DNA from: a virus
Direction: 5' to 3' (one strand)
IMG/VR virus record: IMGVR_UViG_3300046779_001269
Span: 32,001-96,000 of that record
Length of the DNA stretch: 64,000 bases
Positions 43,048-52,763 of the stretch are shown here, piece by piece; the first letter of the stretch is position 1, and each line of letters begins with the position of its first letter. The notes beneath the pieces are model-generated. The model saw only the letters and a list, made by a program, of their open reading frames with translations, was not told where the DNA came from and ran no database searches. The translations under genes and the position numbers were made by a program.

Positions 43048-44751
43048 TTACAACCTGTCTAACATTTTTCTAGTGAAAGCTGCATAGGTTTCGCCGCCAT
43101 TTGCAACTTCCCACAAATCACCGTCAAGTACCTCAAAGTCGTGTTCTAATCCGTCCTCAATGATAGGTGCAGGAAGAACATCATCGTCCATCTGGTTCAT
43201 ATTTTCCAGTTGGATTTGTTTACGAATATCGTGATTAACGATTTCTTTGAAGTACTGTTGTGTGGTCAACCAACCAAAAATAACCAGTGACATTACCAAG
43301 TCATCGTTGGCACCTAGAGCCGCAGCAAAAGAGTTCTTTTGTTGTTCAAAGGTTGTCAATTCTGAATATGTATCAAAGTCATTAATCAGTAACTTGTCAC
43401 CTTCAATCAAGGTTTTTAGGTTAGAACAACCAATTGCCTTAACTTGAGGAGACATTTTCAAACCCATCTGTATACCACGGGCAAAACCTGCACTCAGTTG
43501 TTGAGGTTTCTTATTACCTGTAAATACTTTCCATAGGTTCTCATACTCAAAGTCGGCATGTAATGAGTCTGCCACTTGAGGATTGTTGTTGATTTCTACT
43601 AATACATACGCATCGTTGTAATATCTGGCTGCGTTATAGATGACGGTAGGGAAAAGAATAGGTGTGATAGACGAACTTGCGTATGTTGCCACCTGTTTAT
43701 ATGGTGTCTGTGATATATCAATAACTTGGAATGCAGAACAGTCTAGGTTCTTACCTTCAGATACGTCAACACAGATACAGTATAGGTGATCCGACTTTGC
43801 ACCATCGGTTTCTTTGACTGGGTGTTCATATATTTTCATCAAGTCGTGTGTTGCAATTGGATCACGGTACGCAATCGTTTGCAACTTGTAACCAGATACC
43901 AGAGTATTAGATGAACCCAAGAACTCTGTTTCAAATTCTTGTCTGAACTGGCGTTCACTTGTGTTACGGATTGTTTCTTCTTTCCATGCCTCATCACGAC
44001 CTGGTACCATAGACCAGTGAATCTCAAATGTTTTGTAGTTGTTCTTCTTGTTGATGGCATCCATCCATAACTTGTAAAACAGATTCATACCGTTCGGTGT
44101 AGACACGATAATAATCTTGGAAGTTTTACCAGATGAAATAACAGGGTAAACTGAGTTAAAGAATTCTTCAGCGATGTTATTTGGAACGAACGCAAATTCG
44201 TCCAAGAATACTAAGTTGAAAGAACCACCACGAACAGCGGATGATGAGGTAGAAGCAGCAACAATCTTAGAACCGTTTTCCAGTTCAACATTACCCTTGT
44301 TCCATGTGACAACACCTTGTTGCAACCACATAGGTAAGTTTTCATATGCAAGTTGGTATTTACCAAGAATGTCACGAGCAAGTGAACCCTTGTTGGCAAG
44401 AACTGCCACGTTTTGTGTATCACTGAATAGTGTCAACCAAAGAAGGTATGCAACTGAAGTGGTAGTCTTACCAACCTGACGAGGACATTTGGTGATTGAG
44501 AATCTGTTTTCATGGTAGGTGCGAATCATTTCCTTTTGAAATGGCCACATCTTAAACTTCATTAGACCTTCATCAACGTTAACAATCGTTACATAGTTCT
44601 CTGCAAAATAAATTGGATCTAATGAACACTTTCTGTATTCTTCGATTGTCTCTTTGGTCCATTCAACTTTGACGCCAACTTTTTTTAGTAAAGGATTATC
44701 TCTATACGAATCTTTGGCATCTAAAGAATAATCGTCATCATCATCAATCAT
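43048..44751 (-). CDS. gp17: terminase large subunit gp17
   Basis: PRQVGKTT, LDEFAF, STPNG, DDLVM. Confidence 0.97.
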   Translation of the reverse strand: MIDDDDDYSLDAKDSYRDNPLLKKVGVKVEWTKETIEEYRKCSLDPIYFAENYVTIVNVDEGLMKFKMWPFQKEMIRTYHENRFSITKCPRQVGKTTTSVAYLLWLTLFSDTQNVAVLANKGSLARDILGKYQLAYENLPMWLQQGVVTWNKGNVELENGSKIVAASTSSSAVRGGSFNLVFLDEFAFVPNNIAEEFFNSVYPVISSGKTSKIIIVSTPNGMNLFYKLWMDAINKKNNYKTFEIHWSMVPGRDEAWKEETIRNTSERQFRQEFETEFLGSSNTLVSGYKLQTIAYRDPIATHDLMKIYEHPVKETDGAKSDHLYCICVDVSEGKNLDCSAFQVIDISQTPYKQVATYASSSITPILFPTVIYNAARYYNDAYVLVEINNNPQVADSLHADFEYENLWKVFTGNKKPQQLSAGFARGIQMGLKMSPQVKAIGCSNLKTLIEGDKLLINDFDTYSELTTFEQQKNSFAAALGANDDLVMSLVIFGWLTTQQYFKEIVNHDIRKQIQLENMNQMDDDVLPAPIIEDGLEHDFEVLDGDLWEVANGGETYAAFTRKMLDRL

Positions 44752-45164
44752 TCTTTGCCTTTAAGTAACTTGTTCAGTTCTGCGGTAGAACCAACAAATA
44801 TTGCCTTATCAATTTTTGTTTCACCGCTTTGTTGTTTACCATCCATGGTACGCATTTGTTTTTGAACTGCCAGAAGTTCCTTGTTGGCATCTACTACATT
44901 CTTCATCAGTGTAGCATAAACTTCAAATGCTCTTGGGTGTTGACCTGCACTGGCAATCTGACGCAACTCTTCCATTGCATCTTTGCCATTATCTATCAAG
45001 TCTTGTAGATTGGACTTTGTTTGTTCATAGGCATCGACCAGGTCATTCTTTAGGTCTGGACCATCTACTGATGTGTCTTTAATAACAGGCACCAATGGTT
45101 TTGACTCCTGTTCAACAGGAGTAACATCAAAAAGTTTTTCCATATTCTTGTCGAATGTATTCAT
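44748..45164 (-). CDS. gp16: terminase small subunit gp16
   Basis: HPRAFEV, IFVGSTAEL. Confidence 0.92.
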   Translation of the reverse strand: MNTFDKNMEKLFDVTPVEQESKPLVPVIKDTSVDGPDLKNDLVDAYEQTKSNLQDLIDNGKDAMEELRQIASAGQHPRAFEVYATLMKNVVDANKELLAVQKQMRTMDGKQQSGETKIDKAIFVGSTAELNKLLKGKE

Positions 45165-45177
45165 AGTTTTCTATTTA

Positions 45178-46266
45178 TCAACTGTTACGGTATTTAATTA
45201 TGATACAACCGGAGCCACCGTTGCCACCATTGTATAAAGCATCACCAGATGTGATTATGACACCGCCACCACCTCCTCCGCCGTATCCGTTTGTTCCGGA
45301 TGATGCACCAAGTACATTGGACAATGAGTTGCCAATTGCGCCATAACCTCCACCACCAATACCATTAAGGCCACGAGTAGCAGAAGAATATGGAGTGGTC
45401 CTGTTTCCTCCACCGCCACCGCCACCCAGAAAATATGCTCCTGATGGATAAGTGCTAGTTACAGCATACTCACCATGCACTGAACCTGTTATGGGATTTT
45501 TATTATACCAACCTCCACCACCAACACCTGCATAACCATTTGTTCCGTCAAAATAAGCACTTATTGTACGAACATTACGACCATAGTCACCAAAATAACC
45601 ATATGCTGCTCCACCACCAGCGGAGTGATATGTGTTTGTTGCATTACCGATACCTTCTCCGCCTTGATTTGCGCCAGAAGCAGACAATGTGGAAGCTTCA
45701 TTTGATTGTGATTGTGTTGCAACATCTTGTGTAGCTAATCCTCCCAAATAAGTTCTATCTGTTGAAAATCTACCACCTGGTGCACCACCACCGTTGCCGC
45801 CAGCTAAATCATTTTGAAAATAAGAAGTGTTTGCTGGTGGACTTGTACCTAAAGTTCCGGGTCCACCTTTGCCGCCACCCAAAGCAATCATGCCAGCTAA
45901 CTTGGTGTCACCGCCATTTGTTGAGGCGTTGCCTGTTACTACATTATGGCCGAGACCTCCTTGGCCAATTTCAATTACATGTTGACCGATAGGTAATATT
46001 ACATTTGATTTGTAAAAGAAACCTCCGCCGCCGCCACCGCCACCAGCGTATGATTGTGCGCCACCGCCACCACCACCACCAACCATAAACAATTCAATTG
46101 CACTGTCGACCGTACCCAATGAATCAATCGTTAACACCGTATTGGCGGTGATTGTGTGTATCGTGTAATTGTTATAATATGTGACTGTGCCACCACTAAT
46201 CAAATTAAAGTCTGTAATGATGCCTCTAAATGTTGCACCACTAATTGATACATTTTCAATATTCAT
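45178..46266 (-). CDS. glycine-rich virion/fibre protein
   Basis: VGGGGGGG...GGNGGSGCIIIKY polyglycine domain. Confidence 0.75.
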   Translation of the reverse strand: MNIENVSISGATFRGIITDFNLISGGTVTYYNNYTIHTITANTVLTIDSLGTVDSAIELFMVGGGGGGGAQSYAGGGGGGGGFFYKSNVILPIGQHVIEIGQGGLGHNVVTGNASTNGGDTKLAGMIALGGGKGGPGTLGTSPPANTSYFQNDLAGGNGGGAPGGRFSTDRTYLGGLATQDVATQSQSNEASTLSASGANQGGEGIGNATNTYHSAGGGAAYGYFGDYGRNVRTISAYFDGTNGYAGVGGGGWYNKNPITGSVHGEYAVTSTYPSGAYFLGGGGGGGNRTTPYSSATRGLNGIGGGGYGAIGNSLSNVLGASSGTNGYGGGGGGGVIITSGDALYNGGNGGSGCIIIKYRNS

Positions 46267-46274
46267 ATTTTAAA

Positions 46275-48203
46275 TTACCAGGTGTCGGCACTCCATTGAA
46301 TTCGTTTCCATATATTAGTGCTTCCATCATAGTTAGCAGTGCAATAATATAGGTAGTTAGTGTTGCCTGAGAATGTTCCACTCTTGTCACCAGATTGACC
46401 TATGCTTGTTGATGGAACCGATGCAAATTTAAATGCGGTTGTCTGAGTTGTGTCGTCTGGAAAAGAAACGCCAGTATTTGTAAATATCCAATCATATCCT
46501 CCGTTCAAAGAGAATAGCAAACTGCCATCACCGCTTGGGTTGAAAGTTATTTTTGAACTTGAGCCTGAACCAGTGGCACCAACAGTTAATATCATATTGT
46601 TAGATGTAACATAATTGGTTCCGAAACTGCTATACATCAATAATGAACCAGCAATGTTTGCCTCAGCAACGTTTGCTGTACCCGTAACAGTTAGTGATCC
46701 TTCGAACAAACCTGTTGTGTTTGCCAAAGCATTGTTTGCTTTGTTGAATGCTGATTGCGCTAAGGTGTCACTCACAGCAGTATATTGTCTGGTCCCATCT
46801 GGGAATAAAATGTTTGTTTGGTAGAAACCCCAGTTCTTTGATACTGGTGTAGTATCTTCCAAACGGAATACAATACCTGCACCATCGTTATCTAACAGAA
46901 TGGCGGAGTTATTACCAGAAACATCATTTTCAGATGCTATCGTGTATTGTCCGTATGATGTTAAACTAGATGAATTGAAACTTAACAGTGTGTCGCTATT
47001 GAAATCCAGGTCAAAAGTACCAGAAGAACTCAATTCAAATGAATATGATGAATTTGCAATACCTGTTGGTGTCGTATTTGCTTTATTAAACGCAGACTGT
47101 GCCAAATTATTGGCAGCATTTGCAGTTGTTCTTGCAGTAGTGTCAATCGAACTTAATGATGCTGAGTTGGCAGCATCAAATGCAGACTGTGCTAAGATGT
47201 TGGCTGCATTGGCCTGTGTGTAACCACTGGTTGCCAAAGAATCTGCAGCATTAGCCTTGGCAAACCCTGTTGTTGCCAGATTATTGGCTGCGTTTGCAAT
47301 TGACCTTGCTGTATTGTCTGTTGCATAACCAGTAAATGCGGTATTTTGTGCTGAACCATCAGTAAACATTAATTTACCGTTGGCAGCAAAGGTCCAATCA
47401 TAAAACGATGTACTAAAACCATCATCAATACTTGTTCTGATAAAAGTAGATTTGCCTTGTATTGGACTAATTAACAACGAATCTACACCACTATCTATTT
47501 TTCCGTTACCAAAAACCAAACGGTTGTTTAGAGTTAAATCGCCTGTAATTGTTCCACCAGTTTGAACATTCAATGCATTGTTGGCCAATACAAAAGATAG
47601 GTTTGCTTTATTAAATGCTTCTTGTCCAGTAGTCTGTGCAGTATTGGCCGCCAAGAATCCGGCTGTTGCAGTTGTTTGTGCAGTATTGGCTACTGATGAA
47701 CCGGCACTAGCAATATTCTGTGCGTTGTTTGCTGTTGTGAAGCCAGCCGATGCAGTTGTTTGTGCATTATTGGCTGCCAAGAATCCGGCTGTTGCAGTTG
47801 TTTGTGCTGTGTTAGCTGCCGACCAACCACTATTTGCTGTTGTGAAACCAGCCGATGCAGTAGTCTGTGCTGCATTGGCTGCCGACCAACCACTATTGGC
47901 AGAAACAAATGCAGCGGTAGCTGTACTCTGCGCTGTGTTGGCTGCTGACCAACCATTATTGGCAGCCGTAAAAACAATTCCAATACTTGTGTTTTGACCT
48001 GAATTGACAGCAGCAATGAATTGTGAGTTTGACAAAAGTTCTGCGGTATGTAAAGTGATACTTGAATTAGCTTTATCGAAAGCTGATTGTGAAATATCGT
48101 ATACTTCGGTAAAATTAGAATTTACTTTAACTGCTGCGGCTCTTAATGTATCACCTGTTCCATCATTGGCTACAGTACCAACATTGATTACTTGTTTTGT
48201 CAT
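46275..48203 (-). CDS. tail-fibre-like protein with gp9/gp10-type N-terminus and Ala/Asn/Thr repeats
   Basis: INVGTVANDGTGDTLR, AANTAQTTA repeats, FPDGT.Q.TA motifs, YLYYC...WKR. Confidence 0.75.
   Translation of the reverse strand: MTKQVINVGTVANDGTGDTLRAAAVKVNSNFTEVYDISQSAFDKANSSITLHTAELLSNSQFIAAVNSGQNTSIGIVFTAANNGWSAANTAQSTATAAFVSANSGWSAANAAQTTASAGFTTANSGWSAANTAQTTATAGFLAANNAQTTASAGFTTANNAQNIASAGSSVANTAQTTATAGFLAANTAQTTGQEAFNKANLSFVLANNALNVQTGGTITGDLTLNNRLVFGNGKIDSGVDSLLISPIQGKSTFIRTSIDDGFSTSFYDWTFAANGKLMFTDGSAQNTAFTGYATDNTARSIANAANNLATTGFAKANAADSLATSGYTQANAANILAQSAFDAANSASLSSIDTTARTTANAANNLAQSAFNKANTTPTGIANSSYSFELSSSGTFDLDFNSDTLLSFNSSSLTSYGQYTIASENDVSGNNSAILLDNDGAGIVFRLEDTTPVSKNWGFYQTNILFPDGTRQYTAVSDTLAQSAFNKANNALANTTGLFEGSLTVTGTANVAEANIAGSLLMYSSFGTNYVTSNNMILTVGATGSGSSSKITFNPSGDGSLLFSLNGGYDWIFTNTGVSFPDDTTQTTAFKFASVPSTSIGQSGDKSGTFSGNTNYLYYCTANYDGSTNIWKRIQWSADTW
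47630..47970 (-). repeat. intragenic tandem repeats (AANTAQTTATAGF / TANSGWSAAN units)
   Basis: Recurring GCCAAGAATCCGGCTGTTGCAGTTGTTTGTGC and GCCGACCAACCACTATT blocks. Confidence 0.8.
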
Positions 48204-48204
48204 T

Positions 48205-49239
48205 TTATGTATTCTCTGTTATCGTTGTGGATGGTGTATTAACCTTGTCCATTGTTATTGAAGTGTTTGAACTATCCATTTTGTATTCGGTATCATCTAA
48301 TTTTACCACAGGAAGACTACTTGCAAAAACATCAATTTGAGCATATTTATGTGGAGTCATACTGTGTGATGTATAAAGATAATTTGCTTCAGTATTTAAA
48401 CCATATATTGGTAAAGTCGATACAAAATTACCTTCTATATTTGTCAAATATAATTTCTTATTTGACCAATCAAGAACTTTACCGGTTGCTGTCGCTGTGT
48501 TGACTGAATATCCTTGATACACCGTCTCACCTATTTGATAATCTCCTGCACCAGTTGTCGTATCAATATTAAAGATTGCAACATCTTCTTCGGTAATTTT
48601 GTTATAGATTGATGTGATTGAATGTTCAATCAATGATGTTTCTGTTCTCTTACCGTAGATGAAACCTTTGACTGTAAAGTTTAATGTCCAGATAATTGTT
48701 CTTGTTTCAGAATCTCTTGTGCCTTCAAACACAATATCACTGGAAGTTGAATTCAAAACAACAGGTACCTCTTTAACTATTCCCATTTCTGGAACAAGGT
48801 TTAATTTTATGGTATAATCTGGTGTGAAATATGGTAAGATGTGTTCGATGATTTGTGTACCATCTTCTATGTTACGAACATAAATGTACAGATTGAAATC
48901 AAAATTATATGGTACAGGATTGTATTGTGATAACACTGCACCATCACTTCCTCTTGCAAAGTTCTTTGTGTTGGTGTTTTGTTTTCTGGAATTATCATAA
49001 GATAGACCAGACATTTCAAAAGACATTCTTGGTAAAGTCAATTGAACTTTTTTGTCTAAGTTGTAATCTTCTTCTAAACGGCGAACATACAATTCTTTAT
49101 CTGCATAAACGATAGGTACAATTAGTCGTTCAGCCTCAGTCAAGTCCTTGTTGTATCTGACCAAAGTTATATTGTTGAATAGGTTACCAAAACCTACCAC
49201 AATTTTTCGTATGATTCTATTATACTGTATCGCTGCCAT
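48205..49239 (-). CDS. gp15: tail sheath stabiliser gp15
   Basis: FGNLFNNI, LPRMSFE, QIIEHILPYFTP, WTLNF. Confidence 0.93.
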   Translation of the reverse strand: MAAIQYNRIIRKIVVGFGNLFNNITLVRYNKDLTEAERLIVPIVYADKELYVRRLEEDYNLDKKVQLTLPRMSFEMSGLSYDNSRKQNTNTKNFARGSDGAVLSQYNPVPYNFDFNLYIYVRNIEDGTQIIEHILPYFTPDYTIKLNLVPEMGIVKEVPVVLNSTSSDIVFEGTRDSETRTIIWTLNFTVKGFIYGKRTETSLIEHSITSIYNKITEEDVAIFNIDTTTGAGDYQIGETVYQGYSVNTATATGKVLDWSNKKLYLTNIEGNFVSTLPIYGLNTEANYLYTSHSMTPHKYAQIDVFASSLPVVKLDDTEYKMDSSNTSITMDKVNTPSTTITENT

Positions 49240-50126
49240 TAGATACTTCCAAACGGATTAATTTCGGTGAAATCAATGATTGATGCACCTTGTTGTTCTA
49301 TGTATTGATTGTCGTAACTATCAGTTCTAACATTATCTTTTTGTGGATCGAAAGTTACCAATGAATACCTTGCGTTACTTGTTTCACCAATAATCAAACG
49401 AGTATTGGAGAATTCACCTGCAATGTTGGTGATTGTCATTGAGTTGGCTGAAGGTGTCCATGTCTGTACAATGGCAACAGCAGATGCATTTGCAAGTGTA
49501 TTGTCTGAGGACTGGAACACAGTTTCTCTAATCAAATATGTTCCGTTGCCTGTCACATGATTAACTTCCAAGTCGATTGTGTATGCGTTGTCTGAAACAA
49601 CTTGGTCAATATCTTGGATGCCTGTGTCAATAACTTCATGTGAGTATTTGAATTTCTCTAGTTCCAATTCATAGAAGAATGGAATCTTACGACCTAACAT
49701 ATTGAAGTCTTTGTTCTGGTCTGCAAATTTGATTTCAAACAGTTCACCGACACCATTCATAAACGGTACATAAATCAAATCACCTTCACGAGGTCTAGTG
49801 AATGTATTTTGTGGTACTCTTTGTGAGAAAGAACGCTTTGATAGAATGACATTAATGTTGTTCTTAATCTCCAGACCAAACTTGGAGAAGAATTCTTTTT
49901 CACCCATATACTCCAGTGAACTGGATAGGTAAAATTCCACAGGGAATGCTGACTGAAACTTCTTAACTGGATCTTCACCGTACAATATATCACGAGCTTC
50001 ATCGTTGTTGTTTGGAAGGTAATAGGCATCAAAACCCATTATCTTAATGGATTCAACGATTAAGTCCTCAACGATTCTTTGTTCGTTGAGTGCGTTGTAA
50101 TTGTTAAAGTACTGTGAGGTTGCCAT
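49239..50126 (-). CDS. gp14: neck protein gp14
   Basis: ESIKIMG, FSKFGLEI, RPREGDLIY, NPFG. Confidence 0.93.
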   Translation of the reverse strand: MATSQYFNNYNALNEQRIVEDLIVESIKIMGFDAYYLPNNNDEARDILYGEDPVKKFQSAFPVEFYLSSSLEYMGEKEFFSKFGLEIKNNINVILSKRSFSQRVPQNTFTRPREGDLIYVPFMNGVGELFEIKFADQNKDFNMLGRKIPFFYELELEKFKYSHEVIDTGIQDIDQVVSDNAYTIDLEVNHVTGNGTYLIRETVFQSSDNTLANASAVAIVQTWTPSANSMTITNIAGEFSNTRLIIGETSNARYSLVTFDPQKDNVRTDSYDNQYIEQQGASIIDFTEINPFGSI

Positions 50127-50127
50127 C

Positions 50128-50901
50128 TTAGTTCATAAACCATTCTAATGGACCACCGTGGTTGGTAATCATATCTTCTTCTAGGCGTCTAATATCTTCT
50201 ACTGCCTCATCAAAAGTCTTATCACCATTTAGTGTGACACCACCGGGTAACTGTATGCCACCAAACTTTTTAAGGTTGGTACCCCATTGTTTCTTAATTA
50301 GAGCTGTTGCATATTCTTTCAACCAACGGTCATTCCATACATTACCATAAACAGTTGGATCAATAATTGCATAACATTCTGCTATGACAACTGAACCCTT
50401 TGGTGCTTGAGAATAACCCCATGCCCAATCAATGTATAGTCTTTGCATATGTCTTTGAAAACGAATTGGAATTTCACCAGAAAACATCAATTCCAAAGAA
50501 CGCAAGTGTTGTTGTGTCAGTGTGTAGTTGATGTAAGATGCGGATGTAAAGTCATAAAGTTCGTTCAAACGCAACTGGTATCTCAAATCAAACATGTTAA
50601 CCTGAGACAATGAATCTGTGATAGGAAATATTCTGGTCACACCAGTAATTTGCAGTGTATTATTGGACGAATCTCTGGCCTCTGTCAAGTCCAAATATTT
50701 TCTTTGAATGTCTGTTTCATCAATTCTTTTGATGTAATAAACTTTTTGTAGACCGTCAAAATGATAATCTTGCCAATATTGAAGTGCATCATCAATACGG
50801 TCTTCTACCTGGTCATCGTCTACGTTGATATCAATGACAGGGAAACCAAGTCTTTTTAGGCAATAATTCTTGAAGGCGGCTCTATCTGTAATTGTAGCCA
50901 T
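50128..50901 (-). CDS. gp13: neck protein gp13
   Basis: LGFPVIDINVDDDQ, WLKEYATAL, QLPGGVTLNG. Confidence 0.95.
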   Translation of the reverse strand: MATITDRAAFKNYCLKRLGFPVIDINVDDDQVEDRIDDALQYWQDYHFDGLQKVYYIKRIDETDIQRKYLDLTEARDSSNNTLQITGVTRIFPITDSLSQVNMFDLRYQLRLNELYDFTSASYINYTLTQQHLRSLELMFSGEIPIRFQRHMQRLYIDWAWGYSQAPKGSVVIAECYAIIDPTVYGNVWNDRWLKEYATALIKKQWGTNLKKFGGIQLPGGVTLNGDKTFDEAVEDIRRLEEDMITNHGGPLEWFMN

Positions 50902-50957
50902 TACTAAAACTCCTTATAATAAGGTATTTAGTTTACGACCATTCCAATATAGTTAAC

Positions 50958-51890
50958 TTAGAGGTATTGAACAACCAAAAATCCTGGACCGCCTTTACCT
51001 GTGTTTGTGCTCATATATGGACCACTGCCGCCACCACCAGCACCAAATGCATTGTCAATAGGAAATAATGCCGCACACTTTATACCGCCACCAGCACCAC
51101 CGCCGCCGCCGAGCCAAACACCGGTTCCGGTTTGACTACCACCATATGCATATAAAGCATGTGAACCTGCTGATTGTACTGCACCGCCATTACCACCAGT
51201 TTGGCCAGTGAATGAAACGGCTATGCCACCCATTGTTGTTGTAAGTGCTGCTGTGGAAGATCCTCCAGCACCACCGGTTCCACCATTGGTCACAGGTGAG
51301 TTATCACCATAACCACCACCACCGCCACCACCACAACAACCACCAACTGCACCACCTGGTGATCCATTACTATATCGTCCACCACCGGCACCACCGGCAC
51401 CACCAGCTGAACTTCCGTATGAACCAATTACTCCACCGGCACCACCAGTTGCTCCAGAAGCACTGGCACCTTCTGCTAGTGTAAAAACGGTTGAACCACC
51501 CAAAGTAACTGTTGTTACTTGACCATAAGAACCGACTGTATAAGCATATGTTTGTCCTGGTGTTACCGATAATGGGTATCCGTTTATCTGACTTGCACCG
51601 CCGCCACCACCGCCACCACCGTTAAGTGCTGAGACACCTGAAATTGCTCCATCGCCGCCACCGGCACAACCGTATAATTTTATTGATGTGCAACCTGCTG
51701 GAATAACAAATGTTCCTGTTGTTGCTGTTCCTAAAACATTTCCAACAACAGTTGTTGGTGGTAGACCATATGTCCAATCACCCAATTGTGTGCCATACAT
51801 TATATAATTTCTATCATATATGCCAGGTTTGGAGGTGCTACTTGTGGGTTGATAACCCTTACCAATAAAACTTCCGTTTATTCTGGCCAT
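50958..51890 (-). CDS. glycine-rich virion/fibre protein
   Basis: FVIPAG, polyglycine tracts, GGPGFLVVQY. Confidence 0.75.
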   Translation of the reverse strand: MARINGSFIGKGYQPTSSTSKPGIYDRNYIMYGTQLGDWTYGLPPTTVVGNVLGTATTGTFVIPAGCTSIKLYGCAGGGDGAISGVSALNGGGGGGGGASQINGYPLSVTPGQTYAYTVGSYGQVTTVTLGGSTVFTLAEGASASGATGGAGGVIGSYGSSAGGAGGAGGGRYSNGSPGGAVGGCCGGGGGGGYGDNSPVTNGGTGGAGGSSTAALTTTMGGIAVSFTGQTGGNGGAVQSAGSHALYAYGGSQTGTGVWLGGGGGAGGGIKCAALFPIDNAFGAGGGGSGPYMSTNTGKGGPGFLVVQYL

Positions 51891-52246
51891 TACACAATTT
51901 CCTCATATGAACACACAGCTTCCAATTTTGAATTAACACTTGCTGTCAATCTTAGACTATCACCTTCTTCCAAATAAAAACTTCTGTTGGAAAATACATC
52001 GAATGAAGCATTAGATGGAATAGAAACATTATTTGCGATTCGATATGGTGTGGTATTTCTATAAATGTCAACGTTTGTAGATACTGTGTTTGAAGTATCT
52101 AGATTTGAAATGATTAACAAATTTACTTTTAAACATTTTCCACTTGCTGCAGAATTACTTAAAATTGTGTTTGCGGTTGTGGTTACAGGAAGAACTGATG
52201 TTCTTCCATTAATTGTATTTGCATTTATTAAATTTGGTGCTGCCAT
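51890..52246 (-). CDS. small beta-rich virion adaptor protein
   Basis: YLEEGDSL...SYEEI; paralogous to 59198..59527. Confidence 0.65.
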   Translation of the reverse strand: MAAPNLINANTINGRTSVLPVTTTANTILSNSAASGKCLKVNLLIISNLDTSNTVSTNVDIYRNTTPYRIANNVSIPSNASFDVFSNRSFYLEEGDSLRLTASVNSKLEAVCSYEEIV

Positions 52247-52247
52247 A

Positions 52248-52742
52248 TTAACCTCCGAAAACTAATGAATAACCACCAGCAATTTTTTTGACTGTTGTGG
52301 TGTTGGTGCCACCGGCACCTGTGTTTGCTGCTGTGAACGCTGCGTTCGCTAGAACCAACGATGTGTTTGCTTGATTGAATGCTGTATTCGCTTTATTGTG
52401 TGCATCACCAATATTGTTTGTGACCGTTGTGGCAAAGTTTGCGTCATTGCCTAAAGCTGTTGCCAGTTCATTTAATGTGTCTAATGTTGTTGGTGCAGCA
52501 TTGACCAAGTTAGATATTTGTGTACCAACATAAGTTTGTGTCGCATAGTTGTATGTCGCATGATTTCCCCATGCATATGTGGTATTTGCTTGAATGAAAG
52601 CGGCTTGTGCCAAGTTGTTGGCTGCACTTGTATAATTAAATATATTGACACCAGAAACCACAACCGTGTTGGCCGTTAATTGGTCAACGGAGTAATCTAA
52701 TGTCTGGTCTATTCCTGATGGTTGTATTTTAGTTAGTGCCAT
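52248..52742 (-). CDS. fibre-associated protein
   Basis: APTTLDTLNELATALGNDANF tail-fibre motif; N-terminus shared with 59531..59704. Confidence 0.7.
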   Translation of the reverse strand: MALTKIQPSGIDQTLDYSVDQLTANTVVVSGVNIFNYTSAANNLAQAAFIQANTTYAWGNHATYNYATQTYVGTQISNLVNAAPTTLDTLNELATALGNDANFATTVTNNIGDAHNKANTAFNQANTSLVLANAAFTAANTGAGGTNTTTVKKIAGGYSLVFGG

Positions 52743-52763
52743 TTTTTTCTTTTTTTATACTAT

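Noticed and set aside
4800-44751. Inteins, introns or homing endonucleases in gp43, gp41, uvsW, gp46, gp17, gp20 or gp23
   Set aside because: Protein lengths are ordinary, reading frames are continuous, and no intein or endonuclease motifs were seen.
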